From an uncultured Winogradskyella sp. (lineage in GTDB: Bacteria > Bacteroidota > Bacteroidia > Flavobacteriales > Flavobacteriaceae): DNA of 64,000 nt. The notes beneath the pieces were generated by a model, which was given only the letters and a program-made list of their open reading frames with translations, made no database searches and was not told where the DNA came from. Below are positions 39,601 through 48,749 of this stretch, one piece after another (within the stretch, counting starts at the first letter, position 1; each line of letters starts with the position of its first letter). Location: positions 26,286 through 90,285 of the forward strand of contig CAJXVG010000001.1 of assembly GCA_913061495.1 (NCBI GenBank), written 5' to 3'. The position numbers and the translations under genes were made by a program.

Positions 39601-40417
39601 TGAAGACGGATATGCCAATAATTATGATGCTCGAAAAGAAGACCTAGAAGATCTAAAGGCAAGAAAAAAAGAGGAGGAAGAAGAGCTTCAAAAAGCACAA
39701 AAAAGACGTGCTGCATTTCAAAAAGCTGAATTTTTAATCCAAACAGCTGAGCAATTAGGAAACCTAATTACTTCTGCAACAAACATTTTTAGAGTAGCAA
39801 CTAGTCTTTTAGGACCTTTTGGAGTTCCTGTAGCTATAGCAGCTATTGGTACAATGTTCGGTGCATTTGCCGTTGCAAAAACCAAAGCTTTCCAAGCTAT
39901 TGGAGATGGAGGTGGCCAAAGCTTTAGGAGAGGACTTGGAGAAGGGGCATTAAGCTTATCGGGACCAAGACACGAAGAAAAAGGGTTTGGTCTATACAAT
40001 TCTAAAACTGGTGAACGTGTAGCGGAGTTTGAAGACGGTGAGGATGTTCTTGTGGTAAACAGAAGCCAAAAGAAAAAATACAAGCATATTATCGATGCTT
40101 TAATTGCAGATGCACAAGGTCGATCAAACATAGATTCTACTTTGGAAAGCCATTACCATGTTCCATCAGTTGGTAGGGAGTCACTTAAAGTAATTAAGCG
40201 CGTTAATGAAATTACAGTTAAATCTCAAAGAAACAAGGAAGAGGCTTCTAATAACGATACTAAACTTTTAGAACAAATAACAAAGTTTAGGGAAGAATTT
40301 AAAGATGAATTCAAGGGCCACAGAAATGAACGTGATGATGAAATCAAAGCCTGGGAAACAAAGGAGTTCTTTTATGTTAAAAAAGGCAACAAAACCAAAA
40401 AGTACCGGAAAGAATGA
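36659..40417 (+). CDS. Tail tape measure protein
   Basis: 1252 aa, long helical/coiled coil with Ala/Gly-rich hydrophobic segments, after chaperone. Confidence 0.88.
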   Translation: MANDEVLIKVAADLSQLKEDFNNQEALWTKHNQAVKEGEKAIKDYVKTTVAENKKVDKAIQSNIDKVAAEGKALDALEKKFETLGKKNEKSFDTKKIDDFNNKLASVSKNINNLEQFDLDVDDIDYLTKKLSTAQDDFEALNVLVDFFEGKMKSSASSVADSFDVIKKKIDETKLNISSTEGFIKEIDKRIDKTAPGLTQASLITERDAAAQALREEKVALADYQSQLKKAREENVSMATQLRRVKDELVQLEIEGKRGGDRWIELSEKAETYNDAIASTNSELRRTASTTQGLDNIIGAATGIVAAFTVAQGATALFGEENEDLEKSLVKVTGAIALLNGLQQIQTELSKKETIAAKALTFVRAQYALATDAGAKSTVRLAAATKLLGIGLLVGALAAIVVYWKDISKFIGIISDKTERLNDVQKKSNEIAGDQIAKLSILVDRVKEGELSFIQKTEAVENYNKEFGSTLGTVKSYTELEKKLIEQGADYIAYLGLKARAEAAYQLAVEKSKEALEKRNNTEIGLTDVAVSAGSFVGQATGGQFLTPGEVSQISNNVDANDLENDSKAFLEEQEKLQAELEKLAKKLGITIKTENKDLVKEYEKLSDVLASLIDQQEAYRINAIENSREREKEILKARLNDERDKYKSEIDNLKVSEEKKAKLREAFNKLYNEQTGAAYEQLRKDIAAVDKKYNEELESVQFKALSAIDAILVSETENDREAIQERWDNIRDEIEDQIEKTNDKFKKEGLRVVLDEIDTAESKELETFDRGADLDRVDREKEIAQSILAIQQANISEIINNEELKRFQLLNLERDYLNEILSTYQDSFDSLEDQGLFNELVDTLVNSLDSDEILEAGNKLKEAFGEDIAKEVLQTVGALKEVGNEIDEIAKKSGSEIGSEIAQAFGSIEGFAKKLGETLGIEGEKLNEFIQAFADFAIVTYDSIKQIAELEVQERQAKVNAIEEEIDSVEDELEREQQLYEDGYANNYDARKEDLEDLKARKKEEEEELQKAQKRRAAFQKAEFLIQTAEQLGNLITSATNIFRVATSLLGPFGVPVAIAAIGTMFGAFAVAKTKAFQAIGDGGGQSFRRGLGEGALSLSGPRHEEKGFGLYNSKTGERVAEFEDGEDVLVVNRSQKKKYKHIIDALIADAQGRSNIDSTLESHYHVPSVGRESLKVIKRVNEITVKSQRNKEEASNNDTKLLEQITKFREEFKDEFKGHRNERDDEIKAWETKEFFYVKKGNKTKKYRKE

Positions 40418-42207
40418 AAATCATATACAGAATATCATCTGGGTTTAACTTAAATGAAAACTATAGGGATGTAACTCCATATTCCGGCAAGGATCTAAAA
40501 TTGACATGGAACAGGGAAGATGAGCGTCGTTACGATTTTAAAAAAGAACTTAAGGAGATTACGCTTTTACGTGATGATTACCGTCACTTCTTAGCCTTAG
40601 AAACCTCTCAGGACAGATGTGACCTACAGACGTTGAGTGTCTATTTGGATTGTAATGGCAATGAGCAAGATTATTTTCTTTTGTTTCGTGGTACTTTCAG
40701 TATGAGCAATGGCCAATGGGATTTGGATAGGTGCACCGTTAAATTTGAATTAGAGCCTAAGGATCCCTATAAATGTATTGAAGAGAATGATGAAGATGAA
40801 AACATCTTAGGTTATGATATTCCACGCAAAGCTAAGCTACGCCTAAAGTTTGGTAATGAAGCATATCTATGTTTAGCGGCTGGGGGAAGTGATGATATAC
40901 CTGATTGTAGTGAGCAATTTATTGAACAAGGTAAATGGACTTTTATAAAGAAAAGACATATTTTTCAAGATTTTGATGAATTTGGGATCGCTTTTTTATA
41001 CGCCAGGCATTATCTAGTTTGTGATTGCAATTATGAGCCTTCTTCAGAATGGACGTTATTAGAAGAATGTGAAGAAGGAGAAAAAAAATACGTAAAACCA
41101 ATAGTTGGTAACCCCGAAAACATTGCTGATGTAAACGACAGGGGCGATATCATTATTTTTGAAGAAGAAACCATTCAAGAGATAGATAATGGTAGAAAGC
41201 TTCACGAGGTGATGGAAGGACTTCTTTTTTCTTCATGTAACAATCTAAACCTAAATATTGTATCCGATTTCTTTCAGTGGAATCCAGAAAACGTATCGGA
41301 TATAAATTACGTTACAGGTGAATTGAACAAACTGACCAATATTCTTATTTTCCAAAAATCAGATGTAAAAAGACCTTATACCTCAAATAACGCAACAAAA
41401 GGCGAAACTAATTTTATTGACTTACTTGAACAAATTATTGAAATGTTTAATCTAGGTTACAAAATGATTGGAAACAACATTTTAAGAATTGAACATATCA
41501 GTTGGTTTGAAACTGATTTGGGTATCAATCTTATGGCTATCGATAAAAAGCGATTGTTAAGAGGTACAAAAAAATATAGTTATGATAAGACAAAACTCCC
41601 CAAATATGAGAAGTTTGAATTTATGGAAGCAGGATCAGAAGATTTTGTGGGCAGCGACATTGTATACGACTCTAATTGCGTTAACAACAACCAGGAAAGC
41701 AAGTCCGAAATAAAAGTTGATAATATCACAACTGATATAATGTACTGCATGGAAAACCCAGATCCAGATGGTGAAGTTTCTGATGACGGGTTTGTACTGA
41801 TCGCATGCGACCAAAATTATAACGTGTTTTATGAGGACGGAATCCTCACCAATAACACGGTTGTCAACAATGTCTTGAGTTGGGCCCATCTTCACCGTGA
41901 TTTTTGGAAACATGGCAGGGTTCTAAGGGAAGGTACGATCAATGGCCAACCAATAGAATTTGAAACCATAGTGCCAACAATAAAGCAGGATCAGTTCAGT
42001 GTGGTTATGGACTGTAAATATCTAAAGCTTTTTGATCCCCTCGATAAACTTAACGGTTCTTTGGGATGGGGTTTTCTCTCTTCTGCAGAACTTCAACTTT
42101 CAAAGTGCAGCATGAGTATTGAATTACTTTTGGATACCATTGAACAAACAACATATGAGGAAATATTAGGGGATTTTGATTCTGATTTTTCTGATGAATT
42201 TGACTAA
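40414..42207 (+). CDS. Tail tip/hub protein (probable)
   Basis: Follows tape measure; ends in GDFDSDFSDEFD. Confidence 0.55.
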   Translation: MKIIYRISSGFNLNENYRDVTPYSGKDLKLTWNREDERRYDFKKELKEITLLRDDYRHFLALETSQDRCDLQTLSVYLDCNGNEQDYFLLFRGTFSMSNGQWDLDRCTVKFELEPKDPYKCIEENDEDENILGYDIPRKAKLRLKFGNEAYLCLAAGGSDDIPDCSEQFIEQGKWTFIKKRHIFQDFDEFGIAFLYARHYLVCDCNYEPSSEWTLLEECEEGEKKYVKPIVGNPENIADVNDRGDIIIFEEETIQEIDNGRKLHEVMEGLLFSSCNNLNLNIVSDFFQWNPENVSDINYVTGELNKLTNILIFQKSDVKRPYTSNNATKGETNFIDLLEQIIEMFNLGYKMIGNNILRIEHISWFETDLGINLMAIDKKRLLRGTKKYSYDKTKLPKYEKFEFMEAGSEDFVGSDIVYDSNCVNNNQESKSEIKVDNITTDIMYCMENPDPDGEVSDDGFVLIACDQNYNVFYEDGILTNNTVVNNVLSWAHLHRDFWKHGRVLREGTINGQPIEFETIVPTIKQDQFSVVMDCKYLKLFDPLDKLNGSLGWGFLSSAELQLSKCSMSIELLLDTIEQTTYEEILGDFDSDFSDEFD

Positions 42208-42217
42208 TTAAAATATT

Positions 42218-43780
42218 ATGAGCTTTTACAACAAACAAAAAAATCCATTTCCTTTTTATGAACTTGAGGGAGATGTATGGACGAACACTAAACCAAAATG
42301 GCACAAAAACAATTGCAATGGCTGTTGTTATGAGCATAAAGTTTTAGTGGGCAATCATTATTTTCAACTACCTGTAAACAACGAAATATTAAGCTACAGT
42401 GAGGTAAATAGTATTCAACTAAGAAAAGTTTCTGATAATGTAGTGATAGAGGATTTAGAATTTCAAGCAACGGTTATTTCAGATTCGCAGGGAAATAAAT
42501 ATTTAAGTATTAGACTAAATATCATTCAAGATTATGTAGGTGATGAATATTATTTAGCCGTATCCACAGAATATGGAAGCTACTATTCAGAGACGTTTTG
42601 TGTTTCACAATTAAACAAAGATTATATTGGAATAGAGTGGGCTTCGACCAACGGTAAAGTTGGTGAAATGGTGTACCTCAATGATTTTAAACACTCGATT
42701 AATATTGAGGCTAAAATAGTGAGTTCTGAGCCTGAAATCGAAGAAGAAACGGAAGAAGATGGTTTTGGTAATGAAGTACCGACATTACAAATATTAAAAC
42801 AAGGACATGAGCTGTCTTTTGTGGTGCCAAATTTTATTGCCCAGGCATTATCGGCCATACCTCTTCATGATAAAATAAATTTTATAAATAGACGAATAGG
42901 AGAAATTACTCAAGAACTAGAAGTGAAGAATAAATATGTAGAGCTAAAAATAACACCGGAAAAAGATGGTTGTAATTCTTACATAGAAATAAATTTTATT
43001 GACGAACTTATTGTGTCAACTTCATGTAAAGAAGAAATCACAGCCTTTAATAACCCACCTATTGTTGATATAGTATGGGATGACACAGGAACTCAAGAAA
43101 GTAGGTCATGCAATACCGAAGAAGGGTGTACAGAAACTTTAAGAAAATCAGATCTTACTATGGATCCAGACGGTAACTTGGATTCTATTATATGGCAAAA
43201 AAAATTGCCTGGATCAACAATATGGACAGATCTCGAATCTGGTGATACCATTGATATTGAAGAAACAGATACTGGTACTTATCAATATCGACTTAAGGCT
43301 ATCGATACAGAAGGTTTGATTGGGTATTCTAATATTTTGGCCTATCGAGTCCTTACACTTAGTGAGTCCACTTCTCCACAAATAATAGAGTTGGACTCTT
43401 ATGTTTCTCAATGCTCATCTTCGGGAGGTACTGTTAAAACATTTGATATATCAGCAGCATCAAATCAAACAGTTAGAGGAAAAATACAAGTGGTTGCTTA
43501 TTATGGCAGCGGTTTTGTATTAAAAATATTTGACAACACAACTGGCAACGAATTAAATGAATTGTTCAATTGGGATGGAGGACCTATTGGAGCAGAAACA
43601 CACTTTGATTTTGTGCTCGATAGTTCAGGAATGGGTAAATATAGAATGGAACTTTGCCTAAATGAATGTGGTGCAGCAGGATATTACACTGGTGCTATAA
43701 AGATGAATCTTTTAGATGTTGATAACATATCCGAAATTGATCAAGAATTAACACTCAGTAGATATTTTAATTGCCAATAA
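42218..43780 (+). CDS. Tail structural protein with Ig/PKD-like C-terminal region
   Basis: NNPP..D, DPDGNL..IIW, GTYQYRLKAID.EG pattern. Confidence 0.55.
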   Translation: MSFYNKQKNPFPFYELEGDVWTNTKPKWHKNNCNGCCYEHKVLVGNHYFQLPVNNEILSYSEVNSIQLRKVSDNVVIEDLEFQATVISDSQGNKYLSIRLNIIQDYVGDEYYLAVSTEYGSYYSETFCVSQLNKDYIGIEWASTNGKVGEMVYLNDFKHSINIEAKIVSSEPEIEEETEEDGFGNEVPTLQILKQGHELSFVVPNFIAQALSAIPLHDKINFINRRIGEITQELEVKNKYVELKITPEKDGCNSYIEINFIDELIVSTSCKEEITAFNNPPIVDIVWDDTGTQESRSCNTEEGCTETLRKSDLTMDPDGNLDSIIWQKKLPGSTIWTDLESGDTIDIEETDTGTYQYRLKAIDTEGLIGYSNILAYRVLTLSESTSPQIIELDSYVSQCSSSGGTVKTFDISAASNQTVRGKIQVVAYYGSGFVLKIFDNTTGNELNELFNWDGGPIGAETHFDFVLDSSGMGKYRMELCLNECGAAGYYTGAIKMNLLDVDNISEIDQELTLSRYFNCQ

Positions 43781-43802
43781 AGAAATTTATAAGTTCTTTT
43801 TT
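43779..43802 (-). repeat. Inverted copy of the 24-bp palindromic site
   Basis: Exact reverse complement of 29467-29490; fills the gap between convergent stop codons. Confidence 0.85.
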
Positions 43803-45327
43803 ATTTTTGATAGTAGTCGTCGAGAAGTTCACAGATTAAATATTCTAGGGCATCAGAAGTGTGTCCGTATTTCTCGTACTTCTCACCTGTATCTGGGTCT
43901 TTTTCCTTTTCCTTTAGCTTGCCATCAAGGCCTTCCTTCAACCACTGCATATCTGCAATAAGATTTTTGCAACTAGGGTCTATAATTAAAACGACAGTAT
44001 ATTCAACGTTTCCATAAGGCACTTTCAGTTTAAGTTCCAAAACCCTATCAACAAAATCACGCCGGTTTAAAACATTCTTGTTTTTCTTAGGCACCTTATC
44101 TGAAGAGCTGCTGATGTAGGGTGTCAATATTTCTCTAACCGTATCAAATTGCGTATGGTCCCCACTTCCTGCCTGTCTGTAATCTCCAGATGCATCACCA
44201 TAGAACAATACAAAAGGATCATAAATACCATAATCATCAACAAAATGTTCAGTTACTGCCCTTGTTGAATTGTGTGGACTAGCAAGACAATACTCTTTGA
44301 AAATACGAATCTGAAATTCAAAAGCATTTCTGTCATACTCTGTTTGTGAGGCCAGTAAGGTCATATATGGCTTCGCATTGAAGTCATAGGTCAGACTGAT
44401 TGGAAGCTCTGGTTTATAAACAACAGGTCTTACGTGTTCTGATTTGGTGAATTTTTTAAAGAAAGAACTTCCGGAACGTCCAAACGGAAAACCGTAAATG
44501 TATTTGAGTCCCTCGTTTTCAGAAAGGTTCGATAGCCTTATGTCTATGTAATTATCTGGTAAATGGTGTTCATTCCAATAGGTAGAATAAATACAAACGG
44601 CTTTATTTTCTATTTCGTGATAATAGAAACGCTCAGGATCAGTGACACTTTCCTCTATTTCCTTTTCATATTCTTGAAGTTCAAACATATCGGTCAACCA
44701 CTTCACGACTCCTACAGCTGGAGACGTATTTATGCAACATGGGTTGAAAGGCGTGAATCCCGTATGGTCTTGGTTATCTTCTAGATAAATAATCTGCAGT
44801 GTTTGATCATTATAAAATAATCCAGGCTGAGAAAGCCTGGCAAGGATTACTGCCTTCAGTGCTTCCTCTTTCGTGTCCTTTGTCTCATCCAATTCAGCCC
44901 ATCCGATTTCCTTTCCATCGTGGGCCATATAGTTATCCAATGAGGCCTTGAATATGATAGCACCGTTTAAGAAACTAACAATCCCTTTATAATTATCGAA
45001 CTCATGAATCTTTTTGAAATGTCCGGGCGGTTTTTTATCGATAACATAATGTCCATGTGGATTTCCCTTTGCATCATATTCAGTAAGGTTAAAGTTCTGC
45101 TGCCATACTTTTCTAACTGCAACCATTGTAGATTGTGTGAGCTGCATATAAGTATTGGCGGCAATCATGCCTTTTATTTTTGGTGCATTAAGGACATAGA
45201 ATCCAGATTTGATTCCGATAAGGTGTGATTTCCCTGCTCTTTGTCCGGCCATATTAAGTGTCAATGGCCTCCTTGATTGATAGACTTTTAGTTGCGGAGT
45301 ATGTAGTTTAATAATGTGATCATCCAT
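43801..45327 (-). CDS. terL: Terminase large subunit
   Basis: Walker A GQRAGKS, Walker B WAELDE, nuclease motifs YDFN, GDASG, HTSDALEY. Confidence 0.9.
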   Translation of the reverse strand: MDDHIIKLHTPQLKVYQSRRPLTLNMAGQRAGKSHLIGIKSGFYVLNAPKIKGMIAANTYMQLTQSTMVAVRKVWQQNFNLTEYDAKGNPHGHYVIDKKPPGHFKKIHEFDNYKGIVSFLNGAIIFKASLDNYMAHDGKEIGWAELDETKDTKEEALKAVILARLSQPGLFYNDQTLQIIYLEDNQDHTGFTPFNPCCINTSPAVGVVKWLTDMFELQEYEKEIEESVTDPERFYYHEIENKAVCIYSTYWNEHHLPDNYIDIRLSNLSENEGLKYIYGFPFGRSGSSFFKKFTKSEHVRPVVYKPELPISLTYDFNAKPYMTLLASQTEYDRNAFEFQIRIFKEYCLASPHNSTRAVTEHFVDDYGIYDPFVLFYGDASGDYRQAGSGDHTQFDTVREILTPYISSSSDKVPKKNKNVLNRRDFVDRVLELKLKVPYGNVEYTVVLIIDPSCKNLIADMQWLKEGLDGKLKEKEKDPDTGEKYEKYGHTSDALEYLICELLDDYYQK

Positions 45328-45730
45328 TATATTCTTGGATAATTACAGTTCGTGGTGACATTGGTTCAATTTTTTCACCTCCAGAAGTTACATCAACACG
45401 TTTAACGGAATAAGGCTCCAATCTTATGATTTGTTTTTCTACAGCCATGATTGCTCTTATACCTGCAGGTGTCCCCTTATAATCCTTTTTCAGACTTCTT
45501 TTAAGCTGTTGAAGCTCTGCGATCTTGGCCTGTCTTCTGGTTTCCATATCGATTTCAGCATCAGTCTTCCATGATTTATAGGCATCAGCAATATATCGCT
45601 TGGCCTGTCTTGTGCTTATTCCCCATTCGTTGCGCATCTGCTTGCGCATGAAGTCTTCCTGGACACCATCAATGATCCAACCTTGAACTGTTAAAATTCT
45701 CTTTTCTTTTGTAACCTTGCTTACTCTCAT
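45320..45730 (-). CDS. Terminase small subunit (probable)
   Basis: HTH-like N-terminus, VDVTSGGEKI C-terminal motif, directly before terL. Confidence 0.7.
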   Translation of the reverse strand: MRVSKVTKEKRILTVQGWIIDGVQEDFMRKQMRNEWGISTRQAKRYIADAYKSWKTDAEIDMETRRQAKIAELQQLKRSLKKDYKGTPAGIRAIMAVEKQIIRLEPYSVKRVDVTSGGEKIEPMSPRTVIIQEYNG

Positions 45731-45966
45731 CCATTCGGGTACATGCGCTTTATAACTTCAATATGCCTTTTAAGTTCGAAAATACGGTCATTCAGTTTTA
45801 TCCGCTCTCGCTCTCTCATGATTCGGATTTCACTTTCATCATCCTGAGCAATTATACTGTTATCATAAGCCCTAAGTGCATCTTCATTAATGCCCTTCTC
45901 AGTCTCCAAGTAATCAATAATAGTATCTCTCATTTCGATAAGTATATTATAATCTTTTTTTGACAT
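45727..45966 (-). CDS. Hypothetical phage protein
   Basis: Coupled ORF. Confidence 0.6.
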   Translation of the reverse strand: MSKKDYNILIEMRDTIIDYLETEKGINEDALRAYDNSIIAQDDESEIRIMRERERIKLNDRIFELKRHIEVIKRMYPNG

Positions 45967-47401
45967 CCGTAAAATCGTTTAATGTTAGACTTCCATTCTC
46001 ATGGGTAAAACTAACATTAATTCCACGCTTTTCGCAATAATTCAAATATCTGATGATTGTACTTTGAACGAATTTTGGTTCTATTTCTGTAAACCTACCT
46101 TTTCTGTTGGTGTGTTCACAAGCTATCATACAAGTACCAGAACCCAAGAACCAATCAATCACGATGTCTTTAGGGTTCGTGGTATCAAGTATTGAATCAG
46201 CTATCATAACCACTGGCTTAGGTGTAGGATGATTTTCCAATTGATAACGATCTGGATTAGCTCTTGATACAGCAGATGGATAGTTCCAAACATTGGAACG
46301 TATCCTATCCTTCAACTGAAGATGTGAAAGGTGTTTAGCCTTGTCACCGTTCTTGAAAATATAACACCATTCGTTATTGTCTTTATAGAACTCACCTCCC
46401 TGATCAACTATATCCTTATTCCACAGTGCCTTGGCTCGTTCATCAGAAAACAAGAAACACATTTCGTGCTTGGCCCTGTAAAAAGAACCGTTGGCCATCA
46501 TGTCCTTGTTCCAAACACAAACTTGTTTTGGTTGTGGATTTTTATAGATAAGTCGAGCAGCTTCGGTCATGTGCCATGCATGTCTGAAATCCATAAAAAT
46601 ATAGTGGATTGCACCAGGCATTGAATTGTCAACTGAGGTTTGCATAATAAGTGCCAAGAACTTTACAAACTCATCATCTGTCATTTCCCCTGCTCCTTCA
46701 GCAAAATCCTCATGTTTCTTTTCGTTCTTGTTGGTAAAGAAGTTTGCTGGCAGATTGTACGGTGGATCACAGTTAACGATCCTAGCTTTATCATCCTTCA
46801 TCAGTTCCTTCACCTTTGAAACATCCTTGAAAGAACCACATAATATCCGATGGTCATTTATTTGAAATATATCACCAGGCTTTATAATCACATTTTCATC
46901 TACATAGACATGATCCTCTTCTGCTGATTCCACATCAACCAAATCGAATTGTTGCTCGAAGCGTTCCATTGAAAACTCAGGAATATTTATCGAAGTATCG
47001 ACTTCACTAATATCAATATCAAACTTGGAAACAAAATCAAACAATCCCTGATTGGTAATTTTAGCATAGTGGGATGAATAAATAAGAACCAACTCTGCAG
47101 CTTCTTTTAGATCACTGCAGTCTAAGAATGTCGCTGGCAATTGTTTTGGCACATCCACACCGGAATCGATAAGGTTTTTCAAATCCATGAATCGGTGTTT
47201 ACCATCAAGGCAATATAACTTTCCGTCACTCTCCCAAACTTTAAACGGATCCACAAATTGATATTTCAATAACGAAGCTTGAAGCTTTTCATCACCAGAT
47301 GGAATCCACTCCTTAAAATTTTTCTGTTGGATGAATTGAAGTGACTGCCATTCGATTGGTTTAGTTTTAAGTACTCTAGAAGTTAGGATTTGTTCAGACA
47401 T
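45947..47401 (-). CDS. ParB-like domain fused to N6A/N4C DNA methyltransferase
   Basis: LDGKHR (ParB-N), CDPPYN, HPTPKP, DWFLGSGT. Confidence 0.88.
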   Translation of the reverse strand: MSEQILTSRVLKTKPIEWQSLQFIQQKNFKEWIPSGDEKLQASLLKYQFVDPFKVWESDGKLYCLDGKHRFMDLKNLIDSGVDVPKQLPATFLDCSDLKEAAELVLIYSSHYAKITNQGLFDFVSKFDIDISEVDTSINIPEFSMERFEQQFDLVDVESAEEDHVYVDENVIIKPGDIFQINDHRILCGSFKDVSKVKELMKDDKARIVNCDPPYNLPANFFTNKNEKKHEDFAEGAGEMTDDEFVKFLALIMQTSVDNSMPGAIHYIFMDFRHAWHMTEAARLIYKNPQPKQVCVWNKDMMANGSFYRAKHEMCFLFSDERAKALWNKDIVDQGGEFYKDNNEWCYIFKNGDKAKHLSHLQLKDRIRSNVWNYPSAVSRANPDRYQLENHPTPKPVVMIADSILDTTNPKDIVIDWFLGSGTCMIACEHTNRKGRFTEIEPKFVQSTIIRYLNYCEKRGINVSFTHENGSLTLNDFTDVKKRL

Positions 47402-47440
47402 TTATTTTGTGATTATAGGACATAGAATGACATTACAAAC

Positions 47441-47887
47441 TTACAAAAAAGAACTATATGGTTTCTTTTTTAGATGTAATTTTAGATCTCTCTCAAGGTT
47501 TTGGTAGTTTACAGCTGTGTAACGAAGCACTTTCCAACCGCATATCTGAGCCAGATTATATTTTTCACAATCCTTGGTGTAACCGCCAATTGTGGTATGT
47601 CCGCTCTTTTCACTCATCAGCCCTTCATATTCGATAGCGATCATAAGTTCAGGAAGTGCCCAATCAAAACGGAACTTCCTCTTGTGGTGGAACTGAAGTT
47701 CTTCTTCTGCTTTTGGAATGTCTCCGTTGCGATGAAGGAGCCATAAAACGGTTTTAATTGCTTCTTTTTCGTGCGAAATCTTGCCATTAATGGTATATTT
47801 TTTGTCTAAAACGTTAGTTTTCTTACCGTTTTCGTGCAAATTATTACTCAGTTTGAGCTTTTCTATGTCTTTTCTGGACCAACCCAT
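47441..47887 (-). CDS. PD-(D/E)xK endonuclease (DUF559/Vsr-like)
   Basis: FRFDWA..IAIEYEG..H..GY.KDCEKYN..GWKVLRY. Confidence 0.75.
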   Translation of the reverse strand: MGWSRKDIEKLKLSNNLHENGKKTNVLDKKYTINGKISHEKEAIKTVLWLLHRNGDIPKAEEELQFHHKRKFRFDWALPELMIAIEYEGLMSEKSGHTTIGGYTKDCEKYNLAQICGWKVLRYTAVNYQNLERDLKLHLKKKPYSSFL

Positions 47888-47981
47888 ATTTTAGTTAATT
47901 GTGGCGAATTCGCCATGATTAGAAATTTAAAACGTTTCACAACAGTTGCTATAAACCATTAAAACGTTTCATAGCTTGGTG

Positions 47982-48272
47982 TTAGGCGTCATTTGAATTA
48001 AAACATTCTAAGCATAATTCAGGCGCATAATCGCTACTATCACATAATTGATGCAAAGGATCATCATCGTCATTGTCGTCAGGAAAGGGTATGTAATCAC
48101 CACATTTTTGGCAAAGCCCTTCCGATTTCATACAATAGGCACATCTTTTCGGCTCATTGTTGAATGAATATAGTTTATCATTGTAATTCTCGCATTGAGA
48201 ACAAACATCGCCTAACAATGTATAACCGTCAGGCTTGTTTTCTGTTTCCTTTGAAAGTTTTTGCTCATTCAT
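47982..48272 (-). CDS. Cys-rich (zinc-binding) cassette protein
   Basis: Four CxxC; N-terminus encoded inside the attC-like site. Confidence 0.65.
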   Translation of the reverse strand: MNEQKLSKETENKPDGYTLLGDVCSQCENYNDKLYSFNNEPKRCAYCMKSEGLCQKCGDYIPFPDDNDDDDPLHQLCDSSDYAPELCLECFNSNDA

Positions 48273-48343
48273 AATTTCTGTATTTTTACGTTAATTAGTT
48301 TTTAAATTCACGCCCGAACGGTTATACCAGCGTTGTAAAACAT

Positions 48344-48604
48344 TTACCACTTAAGTTTAGGAAGAACATAATTCTTATTAACCCATCTTTTTTTAAACCC
48401 TTTTTTATAGACAGTGCAATTAATACCATCAGGTCTGTGAACTCGAAATGTAGTTTCATCTTCCGTTTCAGGTTTAAAAAAATATTCATTTCCTCGAGAA
48501 TCAAATACAATTTGTATCTGTTCACTTCTGTCTATAAATTTTGGTTTCATTGTCTTTTTAATTGCTAAATTCCAATCCGATTGTATTTGATTTGCTACAC
48601 TCAT
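48344..48604 (-). CDS. Cassette hypothetical protein
   Basis: Fits exactly between GTTGTAAAAC and GTTTTACAAC. Confidence 0.65.
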   Translation of the reverse strand: MSVANQIQSDWNLAIKKTMKPKFIDRSEQIQIVFDSRGNEYFFKPETEDETTFRVHRPDGINCTVYKKGFKKRWVNKNYVLPKLKW

Positions 48605-48749
48605 TTAAAAAACGTTTTACAACAAAGTATATAATTAATGCTTTGTTAGGTTAAATTTATATTGTTCAATACTTATTGACGTTCAGTGTCAATGAACGGT
48701 ATATTTTAGTGAACACGCACTAATCATATACGATATACGTTGTGAAACA

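Larger units (their letters stand above)
47934..48748 (+). mobile_element. Array of three attC-like sites (47934-47988, 48209-48341, 48614-48748) enclosing two gene cassettes
   Basis: ..AAC/GTT.. ends, imperfect inverted arms, complementary cores across each cassette. Confidence 0.65.

Noticed and set aside
47934..48748. GTT..AAC repeats as a possible CRISPR array
   Set aside because: Units are not identical, spacing is gene-sized, and no cas genes are present; attC-like organisation fits better.
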